Origin: Acidobacteriota bacterium
GTDB taxonomy: Bacteria; Acidobacteriota; UBA6911; RPQK01; JAJDTT01
Direction of reading: 5' to 3'
NCBI GenBank assembly: GCA_965217775.1
Contig: CBDCJH010000002.1
Location: 1,568,001-1,632,000, forward strand
DNA length: 64,000 nt
Part shown: positions 29,341 through 39,712 of the stretch, in pieces
Position numbering within the stretch: position 1 is the stretch's first letter
Layout of the letters: every line of letters begins with the position of its first letter
Notes under the pieces: model-generated
Seen by the model: only the letters and a program-made list of their open reading frames with translations
Told to the model about the DNA's origin: nothing
Database searches by the model: none
Program-made: the position numbers and the translations under genes

Positions 29341-30402
29341 ATGTCCCATCAGACAACCGGTTTCGCGACGGGATGGAAGGCCGTCGGCCGCTTGGCCACG
29401 GTGCTTTTCGCCCTCTCCGTCCTGTTTGCCGGAGCAGGTCTCGACCCGGCGTCAGCTCGCTCGGCTGCCGGGCCGGAGGAAGTCACGCTTGATCTCGGAT
29501 CCGGGGTTCAACTGGAACTGGTTCGAATTCCGGCTGGCGAGTTCATGATGGGGGAGACCGACTGGTCCCGTGCCCTGATCGGTCTCTTCGCTCCCCATGA
29601 TCTCCGGGCTCGTCAGGTGACGATCACCAAAGCCTTCTACCTGGGGAAATACGAAGTCACCGTCGGGCAGTTCCGCCGCTTCGTGGAGGACACCGGATAT
29701 CGCACGGACGCCGAAACGGGACGCCGTTCATGGAAGGCCCTGGGGAAGGGCTGCTACACCATGGTGGGCGGGAGCTGGGAGCCTAAGTCCGACGCCTCCT
29801 GGCGGAATCCCGGTTTCCCCCAGGAATCCGACCATCCCGTCACCTGCATCAGCTGGTTCGACGCCGCGGAGTTCTGCCGGTGGCTGAGCCGCCAGGCGGA
29901 ACGAACGGCACGCCTCCCAACCGAAGGCGAGCTGGAGTACGGCCAGCGTGCCCTGACCGTCACCCGCTACTACTGGGGGAAGAGACCCGCCGATTACGTT
30001 CGGGATCCTCGGCTTCCCATCGGATACTGGGCCAATGTGGCGGACGCTGCGATGGGAGACGATTCCGACGCCGATCTTTTCTTGACCGGGACCGAAATGC
30101 GCAGTCTGACCCCAGAGGGGAGGGATGACGGGTACGGCCATACGGCTCCCGTCGGGAAGTTCTACCCGAACCCGCGAGGTCTCTACGACGCCATCGGCAA
30201 CGTCTGGGAATACACGCTGGACTGGGCGGGCGAGGACCCGGCCCGAACCGATCCCCGGGGACCGGACGAAGGCGGGGTCCGGAGCATGCGGGGAGGGAGT
30301 TGGCTCAACAGCCCGGACGCCTATCGGCCTTCCTACCGGCCGGAAATCGATCCGGCGGGACGAACCAGCACCCGGGGAATGCGTGTCCTGGTGGAAGAGT
30401 GA
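29341..30402 (+). CDS. FGE-sulfatase (SUMF1/EgtB/PvdO) domain protein, secreted
   Basis: IPAGEFMMG, YEVTVGQF, HPVTCISW, RLPTE, GLYD.IGNVWE, RGGSW. Confidence 0.87.
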   Translation: MSHQTTGFATGWKAVGRLATVLFALSVLFAGAGLDPASARSAAGPEEVTLDLGSGVQLELVRIPAGEFMMGETDWSRALIGLFAPHDLRARQVTITKAFYLGKYEVTVGQFRRFVEDTGYRTDAETGRRSWKALGKGCYTMVGGSWEPKSDASWRNPGFPQESDHPVTCISWFDAAEFCRWLSRQAERTARLPTEGELEYGQRALTVTRYYWGKRPADYVRDPRLPIGYWANVADAAMGDDSDADLFLTGTEMRSLTPEGRDDGYGHTAPVGKFYPNPRGLYDAIGNVWEYTLDWAGEDPARTDPRGPDEGGVRSMRGGSWLNSPDAYRPSYRPEIDPAGRTSTRGMRVLVEE

Positions 30403-30576
30403 TCCCTTCGAATCGAGACCTGCCTCGCTCTCGGTTCCCGAGTCCTCCGATTCTCAATCGTCGATCGTTGGTCCACCGCCAGAATTCGCAGACCTTGCCT
30501 CCTTTCCGCCCGAACTGCTCCCTGTCTTCCGGCAGGGGTTTCCGGGAATCGGAACCGGCTGACCCAAGGAGATCCC

Positions 30577-32598
30577 ATGTCCCGGCCTGAGTACGAGGTG
30601 CGACTGGACCGGCGGGTCCGGGTCCCGATGAGGGATGGGGTGGAGCTGGCCGCCGTCGTCGTTCGCCCTCGTGCGGAGGGACGGTTCCCGGCCATCATGT
30701 CCTACAATCCCTATCGGTGGCTGAGACAGGTCAAGGGCACCAGCTCGGACGCGACGTACAACCACCGTTGGGACGGGCCTCCCTACTTTGCCCAGAGAGG
30801 CTACGCCGTCGTCTATTTCGACGTCCGCGGCACCGGAAACTCGGGCGGGAACACCCAAGACCTCTATTCCGACGAGGAGCGCCTGGACGCCTGCGACATG
30901 GTGGAGTGGATCGCCGCACAGCCCTGGTGCAGCGGCAACGTCGGGATGTGGGGCATGTCCTACGGCGGCGTCGTGCAGTGGCAGGTGGGAGTGCAGAATC
31001 CTCCCGCTCTGAAGACCCTGGTGATCGGATCTTCCAATACGGACATCTACCTGGACTGGACGAACCCGGGCGGCAGCATTCGCCCCTACATGTTCGACAG
31101 CTTCGCGCCCATGATGACCGCCTTCAACATGTCGCCGCCGGACGCGGATATCGTCGGACCCCGCTGGTCGGAATTATGGGAGGAGCGCCTGGAACAGAAC
31201 GTTCCTTGGGGAATCGGTTTCGTCTCGAACCTCCTCCAGGGACCCTATTGGCGGGACCGCTCGCTGCAGCCGGACTACAGCCGGATCAAGGTGCCCGTCA
31301 TGTTCTGGTGCGGCTGGGCCGATCCTTATCCCACTCCCATCCTGAGGGCTTTCTCCAAGCTCGACGTCCCCAAGAAGATCATGCTGGGCCCTTGGGGGCA
31401 CTACTGGCCGGAGGAGGCTCTGCCGGGTCCCCGGATCGATTTCAGGCACGAGATGCTCAAGTGGTTCGATCGGTGGCTCAAGGGTGAGGACACCGGCGTC
31501 ATGGAAGAACCCGCCGTAACCGTCTTCGTACGGCGGTACAAGCGGCCCATAGCACATATGTACCTGGAAGACGCCGGATTCTGGAGGCACGAAGACGAGT
31601 GGCCGCCGGCTAGGAACCAGGACACTCCGTTTTACTTTCACGCCGGCGGAGAACTGAACCGAGAGCTCCCATCCGGCGAGAGTGCTCCCGACGAATACGC
31701 TTACAATCCGGCCGTCGGGATCAGTGCGGGAATCTACTGGGGCGGGGGCATCATGCCCTGGGCAATGCCGGTAGACCAGCGGCTCGACGAGGCCTGGTCC
31801 TTGACCTATACGACTCCCCCTCTGGAGAAGGATCTCGAGGTCACAGGGAACCCGAAGTCCGTGCTCCACGTGGCGTCCTCTGCCGACACCGCCTATTTCC
31901 ACGTGAAGCTCACCGACGTGGCGCCGGACGGCACCTCGAAATGGCTGGCGGACGGCGGGTTGCTCGCCACCCACCGCAATTCTCACTCCGAGCCGGAACC
32001 GATGGAGCCTGGACAGGTCTACGAGCTGGAAGTCGATCTGAAGTATATTTCCTACCTGTTCGAAAAGGGCCACTGCATTCGGGTGAGTGTTGCCAGCGCC
32101 GATTTCCAGAACGCCTGGCCCACGGCCAAGCCGGCGGTCAATCAGCTTCACCGCGACCAGCGGTATCCATCTCATATCGTTCTGCCGGTCACTCCTTCTC
32201 AGAATCCACGGCTGAGTGCACCGGACTTGAAGCCGTCTCCCCGACCGGCTGCGACGATGGCGGACATCAGCGCGAGCACGCGGCACGAGATCACCCACGA
32301 TCTGGTCGATGAAACGGTGACGGCGACTCTGGAGAGAGTCTCGGAGACGGGCCCCGCCCCCGGACTGGCGCATTCCACCTATACGGTTTCGCGGCGCAAT
32401 CCCGCGGAAACGGTTCTCAAGGCCCGTTACGTCTACGAAGTCCCGCCTGCGGGGTCCGGAATGACCGTGGAAGCCAATGAATTCCTGACCAGCGATCCGG
32501 AGTCTTTTCATTTTCTGAGCCAAGTGGAGGTGACCGTGGACGGCAAGCGCCACTTCCAAAAGGGTTGGAGGGTCAGCGTGCCCCGCAAGCTGAACTGA
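30577..32598 (+). CDS. CocE/NonD family hydrolase 1
   Basis: MRDGVEL, DVRGTGNS, nucleophile GMSYGG, GPWGH; no signal peptide. Confidence 0.92.
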   Translation: MSRPEYEVRLDRRVRVPMRDGVELAAVVVRPRAEGRFPAIMSYNPYRWLRQVKGTSSDATYNHRWDGPPYFAQRGYAVVYFDVRGTGNSGGNTQDLYSDEERLDACDMVEWIAAQPWCSGNVGMWGMSYGGVVQWQVGVQNPPALKTLVIGSSNTDIYLDWTNPGGSIRPYMFDSFAPMMTAFNMSPPDADIVGPRWSELWEERLEQNVPWGIGFVSNLLQGPYWRDRSLQPDYSRIKVPVMFWCGWADPYPTPILRAFSKLDVPKKIMLGPWGHYWPEEALPGPRIDFRHEMLKWFDRWLKGEDTGVMEEPAVTVFVRRYKRPIAHMYLEDAGFWRHEDEWPPARNQDTPFYFHAGGELNRELPSGESAPDEYAYNPAVGISAGIYWGGGIMPWAMPVDQRLDEAWSLTYTTPPLEKDLEVTGNPKSVLHVASSADTAYFHVKLTDVAPDGTSKWLADGGLLATHRNSHSEPEPMEPGQVYELEVDLKYISYLFEKGHCIRVSVASADFQNAWPTAKPAVNQLHRDQRYPSHIVLPVTPSQNPRLSAPDLKPSPRPAATMADISASTRHEITHDLVDETVTATLERVSETGPAPGLAHSTYTVSRRNPAETVLKARYVYEVPPAGSGMTVEANEFLTSDPESFHFLSQVEVTVDGKRHFQKGWRVSVPRKLN

Positions 32599-32642
32599 GC
32601 GCGACCGGGCCTGAAGCATCCGGACTGCGAAGGAGAGTCATC

Positions 32643-34745
32643 ATGTGGATCCTGTTGTTCTTGGTCATGATCCTGCCCGCACCCCTGCTGGCAGAGTCCC
32701 ACGGTCTGTCGGAACCGGTCTACGAGGGGCAGGTCAAGCTCATCTACCCCCGCGTCACCATGCGGGACGGGGTGGAGTTGGCGACCAAGATCACGATGCC
32801 GGACGCCGTGGGCCGGTTTCCCGCAGTCATGATGTACCACCCCTACCGCGGGGTTACGGAACCCAAGCCGGACTATCGTGATGAAAGGCCCATGCTGGTT
32901 CCGTATCTGGCGGAACGGGGCTATGCCATCGTCCAATACGACGTCCGCGGCACGGGAAACTCCGGGGGCTGGAGCAAGGACATCTACTCCGACGACGAGA
33001 GGCGGGACGGCTACGAGATGGTGGAGTGGATCGCGCGTCAGCCCTGGTCCAACGGAAACGTGGGCATGACCGGCATTTCCTACGGGGGGGTGGTGCAGTG
33101 GCAGGTGGCGGTCCAGAATCCGCCCAGCCTCAAGACCATCATCGTGCGCTCGGCCAACGACAGCGTCTATACCGAGTGGACCTATCCCGGCGGCTCTCTT
33201 CGGCCCTACATGTTCGACACGTATTCGCCCCTGATGACGGCTTACAACTTCGCTCCACCCGACCCTGAGATCGTCGGTGAGAAGTGGAGCGACATCTGGC
33301 AGACGCGTCTGGAGAACAACCAGCCCTGGGGAATCGGATATATCTCTCACCAACAGGAAGGACCCTACTGGCAGGACCGCTCCCTGTCGGCCGATTACAG
33401 CCGGGTCAAGTGCCCGGTCTTCGTCATCGCCGGTTGGGCCGACGTCTATCCGACGGCCCTGCTGCGAGCCTTCTCCAAGCTGGATGTCAAGCACAAGAAA
33501 GCCCTGGTGGGGCCCTGGAGGCATATCTGGGCCGAGAACGAGAAGGCGGTTCCCGGGCCTCGAATCGACGGCCGGCCCATCATGTTGAAGTGGTTCGACT
33601 ATTGGCTCAAGGGGATCGACAACGGGGTCCTGGACGAGCCTCCGGTGACGGTCTTCGTGCGGGAATACGATCCCCCCTCTCCCGTTATGCCCATCGAGGA
33701 GCCGGGTTTCTGGCGGTCCGAGCTGGAATGGCCTATTGCGCGGGAGCAGCCTACCAAGATGTATTTTCACCCGGACGGGAAGCTGAGCCGGACGACCCCC
33801 GAAGGTTCGGATGGGGAGGGAGACCGTCTTACGTATAAGCCCACCGTGGGGATCACCTCGGGAATTCATTGGGGGGGCGGGATTCTCCCTTGGGGCAATC
33901 CCATCGACCAGCGGGCCGACGAAGCCTACTCCCTGACCTACACCACGGCCCCGTTGGAGGAACCGTTGGAGGTATCGGGCACGCCCCGGGCCCTGCTGTA
34001 CGCCTCATCCACGGCCGAGGTCGCCTATTTCCGGGTGAAGCTGATCGACGTGGCGCCGGACGGAACCTCCAAGCTGGTCCGTTACGGCGGTCTGAACGCC
34101 GCGCACCGGAAGTCTCATTTCGATCCCGAACCGCTGCGGCCGGGAGAGGTGCACGAGGTGCCGGTGGAGGTGAAGGTGATGACCTACGTGTTCGCCCCCG
34201 GGCATCGGGTCCGGGTGGCCATCGCCAACGCGGACATCCAGAACGCCTGGCCCACGGCCCTGCCGGCGGAGAACACCGTCTACCGGAACCGCCGTTACCC
34301 GTCCCATATCGTCCTGCCGGTGATCCCGGAACAGAATCCCAAGCTTCCCGAGCCCGATTTCGTGACCCTGCCCAACGCCGACCCGAAGGTGGCGCTGGAC
34401 CAGACGCGGCCGCTGGAATATTCCATCACCCAGGACCTGGTCGCCGAAACCACAACGGTACGCCTGGGCAAGGAGAGAAAGGGCAAGCGGGGCGACGGCG
34501 AGCAGTACATGAAGCTGCTCTCCAGTTTCACCGTGTCCGAAAAGAATCCGGCGAACGCCGCGCTGAAGGCGGCGGCCACGTTATCGATCACCCGGCCCGA
34601 ATCGGAAGTCAAGATCGAGGCCAACGAGCTGACCTCCAGCAACAAGGCGGCTTTCCGTCATCTGGTGGAGATCGAGATCACGGTCAACGGAAGGAGACAC
34701 TTCAACCGGAGCTGGTCGGTCACTGTTCCACGAAGATTGAACTAG
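32643..34745 (+). CDS. CocE/NonD family hydrolase 2 (secreted)
   Basis: Signal peptide MWILLFLV..LLA, GISYGG, GPWRH; AAGGAG RBS. Confidence 0.92.
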   Translation: MWILLFLVMILPAPLLAESHGLSEPVYEGQVKLIYPRVTMRDGVELATKITMPDAVGRFPAVMMYHPYRGVTEPKPDYRDERPMLVPYLAERGYAIVQYDVRGTGNSGGWSKDIYSDDERRDGYEMVEWIARQPWSNGNVGMTGISYGGVVQWQVAVQNPPSLKTIIVRSANDSVYTEWTYPGGSLRPYMFDTYSPLMTAYNFAPPDPEIVGEKWSDIWQTRLENNQPWGIGYISHQQEGPYWQDRSLSADYSRVKCPVFVIAGWADVYPTALLRAFSKLDVKHKKALVGPWRHIWAENEKAVPGPRIDGRPIMLKWFDYWLKGIDNGVLDEPPVTVFVREYDPPSPVMPIEEPGFWRSELEWPIAREQPTKMYFHPDGKLSRTTPEGSDGEGDRLTYKPTVGITSGIHWGGGILPWGNPIDQRADEAYSLTYTTAPLEEPLEVSGTPRALLYASSTAEVAYFRVKLIDVAPDGTSKLVRYGGLNAAHRKSHFDPEPLRPGEVHEVPVEVKVMTYVFAPGHRVRVAIANADIQNAWPTALPAENTVYRNRRYPSHIVLPVIPEQNPKLPEPDFVTLPNADPKVALDQTRPLEYSITQDLVAETTTVRLGKERKGKRGDGEQYMKLLSSFTVSEKNPANAALKAAATLSITRPESEVKIEANELTSSNKAAFRHLVEIEITVNGRRHFNRSWSVTVPRRLN

Positions 34746-34760
34746 CGAACCGCCGATCCT

Positions 34761-36671
34761 ATGTTCCACAGCCAGAGGGAGATGAGTTCCATGTCGTGTA
34801 GCCGTAAGATTCCCGTCGTTCCCGTTTCCGCTATTTTGCAAATCCTGATCTTCCTGGTGGGAACGGGCCTGGCGTCGGATACATGGTTCGTGCGGAACGA
34901 CTCCTCCTGGGTGGGCAAGCTCTCGCAGCCCCGATACGACATCCTTTTCGAGCACGACGTCAAGGTGCGCATGCGGGACGGCGTCCGGCTGTCGGCCAAC
35001 ATCTGGCGGCCCAAGGCCGAAGGGAAGTTCCCGGTCATCTTCGTCTACATGCCTTATGACAACACCCGGAAGTCCGAGTTCTTCCAGGGCGACATCATCG
35101 GCCACGCCCAATACTTCGTTCCCCGCGGTTACGTGTTCGCCTGTATCGACGTGAGGGGACGGTACGATTCCGAGGGGGAATCCTACCTGTATTGGGATCC
35201 GAAATGGCGGGAAGGGAAGTTTGATGGACAGGACGTCTACGATTGCCAGACTTGGCTGGGAGAACAGCCCTGGTCCTCGGGAAAAATCGGGATGTGCGGC
35301 GGCTCCTATCTGGGATTCGTTCAATGGATGGGCGCCACCGAGGCGAACCCGTATCTCACGGCCCTGATCCCCTACGTCACTCCCGACGACCATTGGGACA
35401 ACGTCTACCCCAACGGAGCGTTCCAACTCTCCAACAGCCTCAACCTGCTGGCGTTGCTGGGAAACCTGACGGCCAACAACAACGACGGCCTGCGGAACGA
35501 TTTCCTGGACTGGGACAAGTTGTACCGCTACCTTCCCATTCGGACCATGGACCAGGCCATGTTCGGGCAGACGGACATCCTGTGGCAGGACTTGGTGGAT
35601 CACCCGGACAACGACCATTACTGGCGGTTCAGCGTGGGCGATCGTCCCCGGGCCGGGGAGATGAGCGCCGGACAGTACAACAAGGTCCAGGTGCCGACCC
35701 TGAACATCACCGGCTGGTACGACCAAGTCTCCCAGGCCACGATCAACGGTTATCTGGGCATGGTGCGATACGGTCCCGAGGAGATTCGCGACCGGCATCG
35801 CCTGCTCGTCGGTCCCTGGAGGCACGGGGTCGGGCCCCGGGAGGTCGGCGACCTCGACTACGGTCCCGAGGCGGACGTGGACTTCCGCCCCATCGAGCTT
35901 CGCTGGTACGACTACTGGCTCAAGGGCATCGACAACGGGATGATGGACGAACCGCGGGTCGACATCTTCGTGATGGGGGACAACAAGTGGCGCGGCGAGC
36001 ACGAATGGCCGCTCAGCCGTGCCCGGGACACCAAATATTATTTGCACAGCGAAGGGCGGGCCAACAGCCGGTTCGGCAACGGCACCCTGAGCACTGGGCC
36101 CCCGTCGCAGGAACCGGCCGACGCCTTCGTCTACGATCCGGACGATCCGGTTCCGACCTTCGGCGGCAACGTGAGCATGTATCCCTCCACCGGCGGACCC
36201 CGGGACCAGAGGGCCATCCAGCGGCGGGACGACGTGCTCGTCTACACCGGTGAGGTCGTGGAAAGAGAGATCGAGGTCACGGGACGGGTCCTCACCAAGT
36301 TGCATGCCGCTTCCGACACGACCGATACCGACTTCACCGCCAAGCTGGTGGACGTTCACCCCAACGGCTACGCTCAGTTGCTGGCGGAAGGGATCATACG
36401 GGCCCGCTACCGGGACTCGTTCAAGAAACAGACCCTGCTGGAACCGGACAAGGTCCACGAGTACACCATCGACTTGTGGTCGATCAGCCACGTCTTCAAG
36501 CGCGGACACCGGATTCAACTGGAAATCTCGAGCAGCAATTTCCCCAAGTATGATCGCAATCCCAACACCGGGCACAAGTTCGGTGAAGACGCGGAGCTGA
36601 GGAAGGCGACCCAGACGGTTCGTCACGATGCCGGCTACCCGTCGCACATCGTGCTTCCGGTCATTCCCTGA
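34761..36671 (+). CDS. CocE/NonD family hydrolase 3 (secreted)
   Basis: GGSYLG, GWYD, GPWRH, SSNFPKYDRNPNTG; start may be 34782 or 34791. Confidence 0.92.
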   Translation: MFHSQREMSSMSCSRKIPVVPVSAILQILIFLVGTGLASDTWFVRNDSSWVGKLSQPRYDILFEHDVKVRMRDGVRLSANIWRPKAEGKFPVIFVYMPYDNTRKSEFFQGDIIGHAQYFVPRGYVFACIDVRGRYDSEGESYLYWDPKWREGKFDGQDVYDCQTWLGEQPWSSGKIGMCGGSYLGFVQWMGATEANPYLTALIPYVTPDDHWDNVYPNGAFQLSNSLNLLALLGNLTANNNDGLRNDFLDWDKLYRYLPIRTMDQAMFGQTDILWQDLVDHPDNDHYWRFSVGDRPRAGEMSAGQYNKVQVPTLNITGWYDQVSQATINGYLGMVRYGPEEIRDRHRLLVGPWRHGVGPREVGDLDYGPEADVDFRPIELRWYDYWLKGIDNGMMDEPRVDIFVMGDNKWRGEHEWPLSRARDTKYYLHSEGRANSRFGNGTLSTGPPSQEPADAFVYDPDDPVPTFGGNVSMYPSTGGPRDQRAIQRRDDVLVYTGEVVEREIEVTGRVLTKLHAASDTTDTDFTAKLVDVHPNGYAQLLAEGIIRARYRDSFKKQTLLEPDKVHEYTIDLWSISHVFKRGHRIQLEISSSNFPKYDRNPNTGHKFGEDAELRKATQTVRHDAGYPSHIVLPVIP

Positions 36672-36722
36672 GAAATCGATTCCGAGAGCGGATATATTCT
36701 CCCTGAAGAGGAGGTCGGAGAA

Positions 36723-37892
36723 ATGCAGAAAACAGCGGATGCGGTAGTGATCGGAGGCGGAATCGCGGGCGCAAGCGTGGCCCATTTCCTGGCCCGGAAG
36801 GGATTCGGAAAGATCGTTCTGCTGGAGAAGGGCCGTCTGGCCGGTGTGAGCACGGGACGGTCAGCCGCCGTGGTCCGGACCTACTACTCCAACCCCATCA
36901 CGGTGAAATTGGCCTGGCGGGCGGTGCAGATGTTCGAGAACGATCGGGAGGCGCTGGGCGGCGATTCCGGGTTTCGGCAGATCGGTTTTCTGCTGCTGCT
37001 GGATGAGGGATGGAAGACGGCCGGTGACCAGATACTGGAAATGGAGAGCACCCACGGAGTCGAGGTCCGGGAACTGGCGCGGGAAGACATCCGGGAACTG
37101 GCGCCGCCGCTGAATCTCGAAGGGGTCGTCCGGGCGATCTTCGAGCCTCGCTCCGGCTGCGCGGATCCGATTCGGACGACGGAGAGTCTCGTGAACGGCG
37201 CCGCGAAATGGGGTCTCAAGGCTCACGTCGGAGTGGCGGCCACCGGCATCACGCTCGACGGCAGCCGCGTCCGATCCGTGGAGACGGAGCAGGGAAGCAT
37301 CGAGACCCCTGTGGTCGTGAATGCGGCCGGGCCCTGGGGCCGGCGGGTGGGACTCTGGAGCGGACTCAACTACTCCGTCCGTTGGAGCCGGGAGACGGAC
37401 CTGGTCGTGACTCAACCCGGCGATTTCGGCTCTCTTCCCGTCATTTCCGACCCCCCGCAGAGAGCGTATTACAAGCCTCACGCGGACAACACGATGCTGG
37501 CCGGACTCGGCTACCCCAAAGAGGTGGAGCCGTTGGACATCGATTCCTACAACGAGGATCTGGACGCGGATCAGCGTGGGCGGATCGAGGACTGCCTGTT
37601 CCGGCGGATTCCCGTGCTTCGGGAGATGGAATACCACCACGGATACGCGTCGATCTATACGATCATGGACGACTGGCATCCGGTGGTGGGACCGGAGCCC
37701 CACATCGATGGCTACTATGCATTCTTCGGCGGCAGCGGCCACGGCTTCAAGATCGGGCCGCCCCTGGGAGAAGCGCTGGCGGACGTCATCGCGGGTGAAG
37801 AACCCGAAATCGACATTCGCCAGTTCCGTCCGTCCCGCTTCCTGGAAGGGGAGATCTTCTCCTCGGCCTGGGGAGGCGGGAATCGAGGTTGA
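36723..37892 (+). CDS. FAD-dependent oxidoreductase (sarcosine oxidase beta-like)
   Basis: VIGGGIAG, STGRSAA, NAAGPW, GSGHGFKIGP. Confidence 0.9.
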   Translation: MQKTADAVVIGGGIAGASVAHFLARKGFGKIVLLEKGRLAGVSTGRSAAVVRTYYSNPITVKLAWRAVQMFENDREALGGDSGFRQIGFLLLLDEGWKTAGDQILEMESTHGVEVRELAREDIRELAPPLNLEGVVRAIFEPRSGCADPIRTTESLVNGAAKWGLKAHVGVAATGITLDGSRVRSVETEQGSIETPVVVNAAGPWGRRVGLWSGLNYSVRWSRETDLVVTQPGDFGSLPVISDPPQRAYYKPHADNTMLAGLGYPKEVEPLDIDSYNEDLDADQRGRIEDCLFRRIPVLREMEYHHGYASIYTIMDDWHPVVGPEPHIDGYYAFFGGSGHGFKIGPPLGEALADVIAGEEPEIDIRQFRPSRFLEGEIFSSAWGGGNRG

Positions 37893-37920
37893 GCGGACCG
37901 AAATCATCTAAGGGGGAACG

Positions 37921-38103
37921 ATGGAACCCGCTAAGACCGAGCCCCGGGAAGAGAAGGGCGAATCCTATCGGTACGACAGCCGGGAGCTCGACCTGATGGA
38001 CCGGGTCGAACTGCCGCGCATGAACCCCTGGTTGAGCTTGGCGCTGCTGGTTCTGGCCGGCTTCGCCTACGTCTGGATCTGGGGAGTGATCCTGCGAGGA
38101 TAA
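37921..38103 (+). CDS. Small single-TM protein preceding the symporter
   Basis: 60 aa, C-terminal TM, RBS, stop 3 nt before the SSS start. Confidence 0.65.
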   Translation: MEPAKTEPREEKGESYRYDSRELDLMDRVELPRMNPWLSLALLVLAGFAYVWIWGVILRG

Positions 38104-38106
38104 GCG

Positions 38107-39528
38107 ATGGAAGAGTTCCAGCCCTCCTGGTGGCTGATCGTAACTTACCTCCTCCTGATGTTCGGCATCGGCATCTGGGCGGCTCGAACCAGGGTCGGCC
38201 GGATGGAGGACATGGCCGTCGCCGGCCGCAGTTCCGGGCCCTGGTTGATCGCCTTCTCGGTGGCCGCAACCTGGATCAACGGGACGACCCTGATCGGGAT
38301 CTCGGGCGTCGCCAAAGACTTCGGATTGAGCGCGTACTGGACGGGTGGTTCATTTGTTCTCGCCACCATCTGGATGTCCTACTACGTGGTCCCGCGTCTT
38401 CGGGCCACCCGGATCATCACCGTTCCACAGCTCTTCGAGCGCTTCTACGGCCCCCGGCATCGACTCGTGTCCCTTTCCCTCATCATCCTTCGAGATCTGG
38501 GGGCCACCGCGGGAGTCATGGGGTCCCTCGCCGTCGTCACCTCCAGCATTCTGAACATCTCGCTACTGCAATCCCTGGCGCTGGTGGGAGCGTTGACGTT
38601 GGTCTATGTGTTCCTGGGCGGGATGTGGGCCATCCTGGTGACGGATGCCATCCAGTTCTTCATCGTTTCCATAGGATCCGTAGCGCTGGTGGTGTTCGGC
38701 TTCCTGGGCTCCGGAGGGTTCTCCGTCCTGCAATCCATCGAGGAACCGGACTTTCTCGGCAGCTTCGGCACCGGTGGCCCCAGCCAGGTCATCGCCTGGG
38801 TCATCATCGGCATTTCCATCACCTTCGGCTACCAGAGCGTGATTCAGCGAGGGTTGGCGGCCTCCAGTACGGCAGCCGCCCACAAGGGATTCCTCTACGG
38901 AGGCATCATTTCCACGATCTGGTACATGGTTCCGCCGCTGATCGGCGTCTTGGGACGAGCCCTCTACGGAGCGGACATCTCCGGTGACGACGTGTTCCTC
39001 AGAATGACCTTCGGCGTGGCCGGCGGGCAACTGGGCAGCATCATCATCGTGGGAATTCTGGCCGCCAGCATGTCCACTCTCGATTCCACCATCAACACCA
39101 TCGCCTCCAACTTCACCATCGATATCTACAACCGCTTCCTGAACCCGAATGCGAGTCCCAGGAAGCAGCTCTGGCTCTACCGCCTGAACGTCATTCTGGT
39201 CGGTGTGCTGGCCGCCGCCATCTACTACGTCTTCCCCTTGATGATCGAGTTGTTCTGGCTGGGCGGACGGATCATGGGGGCTTCGGTCGCGCCCGTGGTG
39301 GCGGCGATGGTCCTGTTTCCCAGAGTCAGGCGAGCTCCCAAGACGGTGCTCGGCTCCATGTTGGCCGGGGCCAGCGTGATCATCCTCTACCAGATCCTGG
39401 GAAGCGTGCAGGAAGTGGGCACCATCGTGGTCGTCTGGACCATCGATCCCATTCTGATCGGGGTCCCGTTCACCGTCTCGCTGCTGGTGCTCGGCACCTG
39501 GTGGGAGACGCAACGTCCTAGTTCCTAG
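38107..39528 (+). CDS. Sodium:solute symporter family transporter
   Basis: AVAGRS, GGMWAILVTDAIQ, IQR, AASMSTLDS; many TM segments. Confidence 0.92.
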   Translation: MEEFQPSWWLIVTYLLLMFGIGIWAARTRVGRMEDMAVAGRSSGPWLIAFSVAATWINGTTLIGISGVAKDFGLSAYWTGGSFVLATIWMSYYVVPRLRATRIITVPQLFERFYGPRHRLVSLSLIILRDLGATAGVMGSLAVVTSSILNISLLQSLALVGALTLVYVFLGGMWAILVTDAIQFFIVSIGSVALVVFGFLGSGGFSVLQSIEEPDFLGSFGTGGPSQVIAWVIIGISITFGYQSVIQRGLAASSTAAAHKGFLYGGIISTIWYMVPPLIGVLGRALYGADISGDDVFLRMTFGVAGGQLGSIIIVGILAASMSTLDSTINTIASNFTIDIYNRFLNPNASPRKQLWLYRLNVILVGVLAAAIYYVFPLMIELFWLGGRIMGASVAPVVAAMVLFPRVRRAPKTVLGSMLAGASVIILYQILGSVQEVGTIVVVWTIDPILIGVPFTVSLLVLGTWWETQRPSS

Positions 39529-39564
39529 ATCTCGAATTCGTGTGAAAATCGACGACGAATATTC

Positions 39565-39640
39565 GGTAGGGGCGCCCCTTGTGGGTGCCCTCTTCGGTCC
39601 GATTGGTAGGGGCGCCCCTTGTGGGTACCCTCTTCGGTCC
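39565..39640. repeat. Two tandem GTAG-type REP palindromes
   Basis: GGTAGGGGCGCCCCTTGTGGGT(G/A)CCCTCTTCGGTCC at 39565 and 39605 (35/36, period 40). Confidence 0.85.
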
Positions 39641-39712
39641 AAAGCGGAGCAACACGGGCCCAGACGAAGAGCTCGGGCCTGGAATCAGCCTCACAAGCAA
39701 CGGAGTTCACTG

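Noticed and set aside
39565-39640. Possible CRISPR array (36-bp repeats)
   Set aside because: Only two units with a 4-bp spacer, GTAG-REP structure, and no cas genes.
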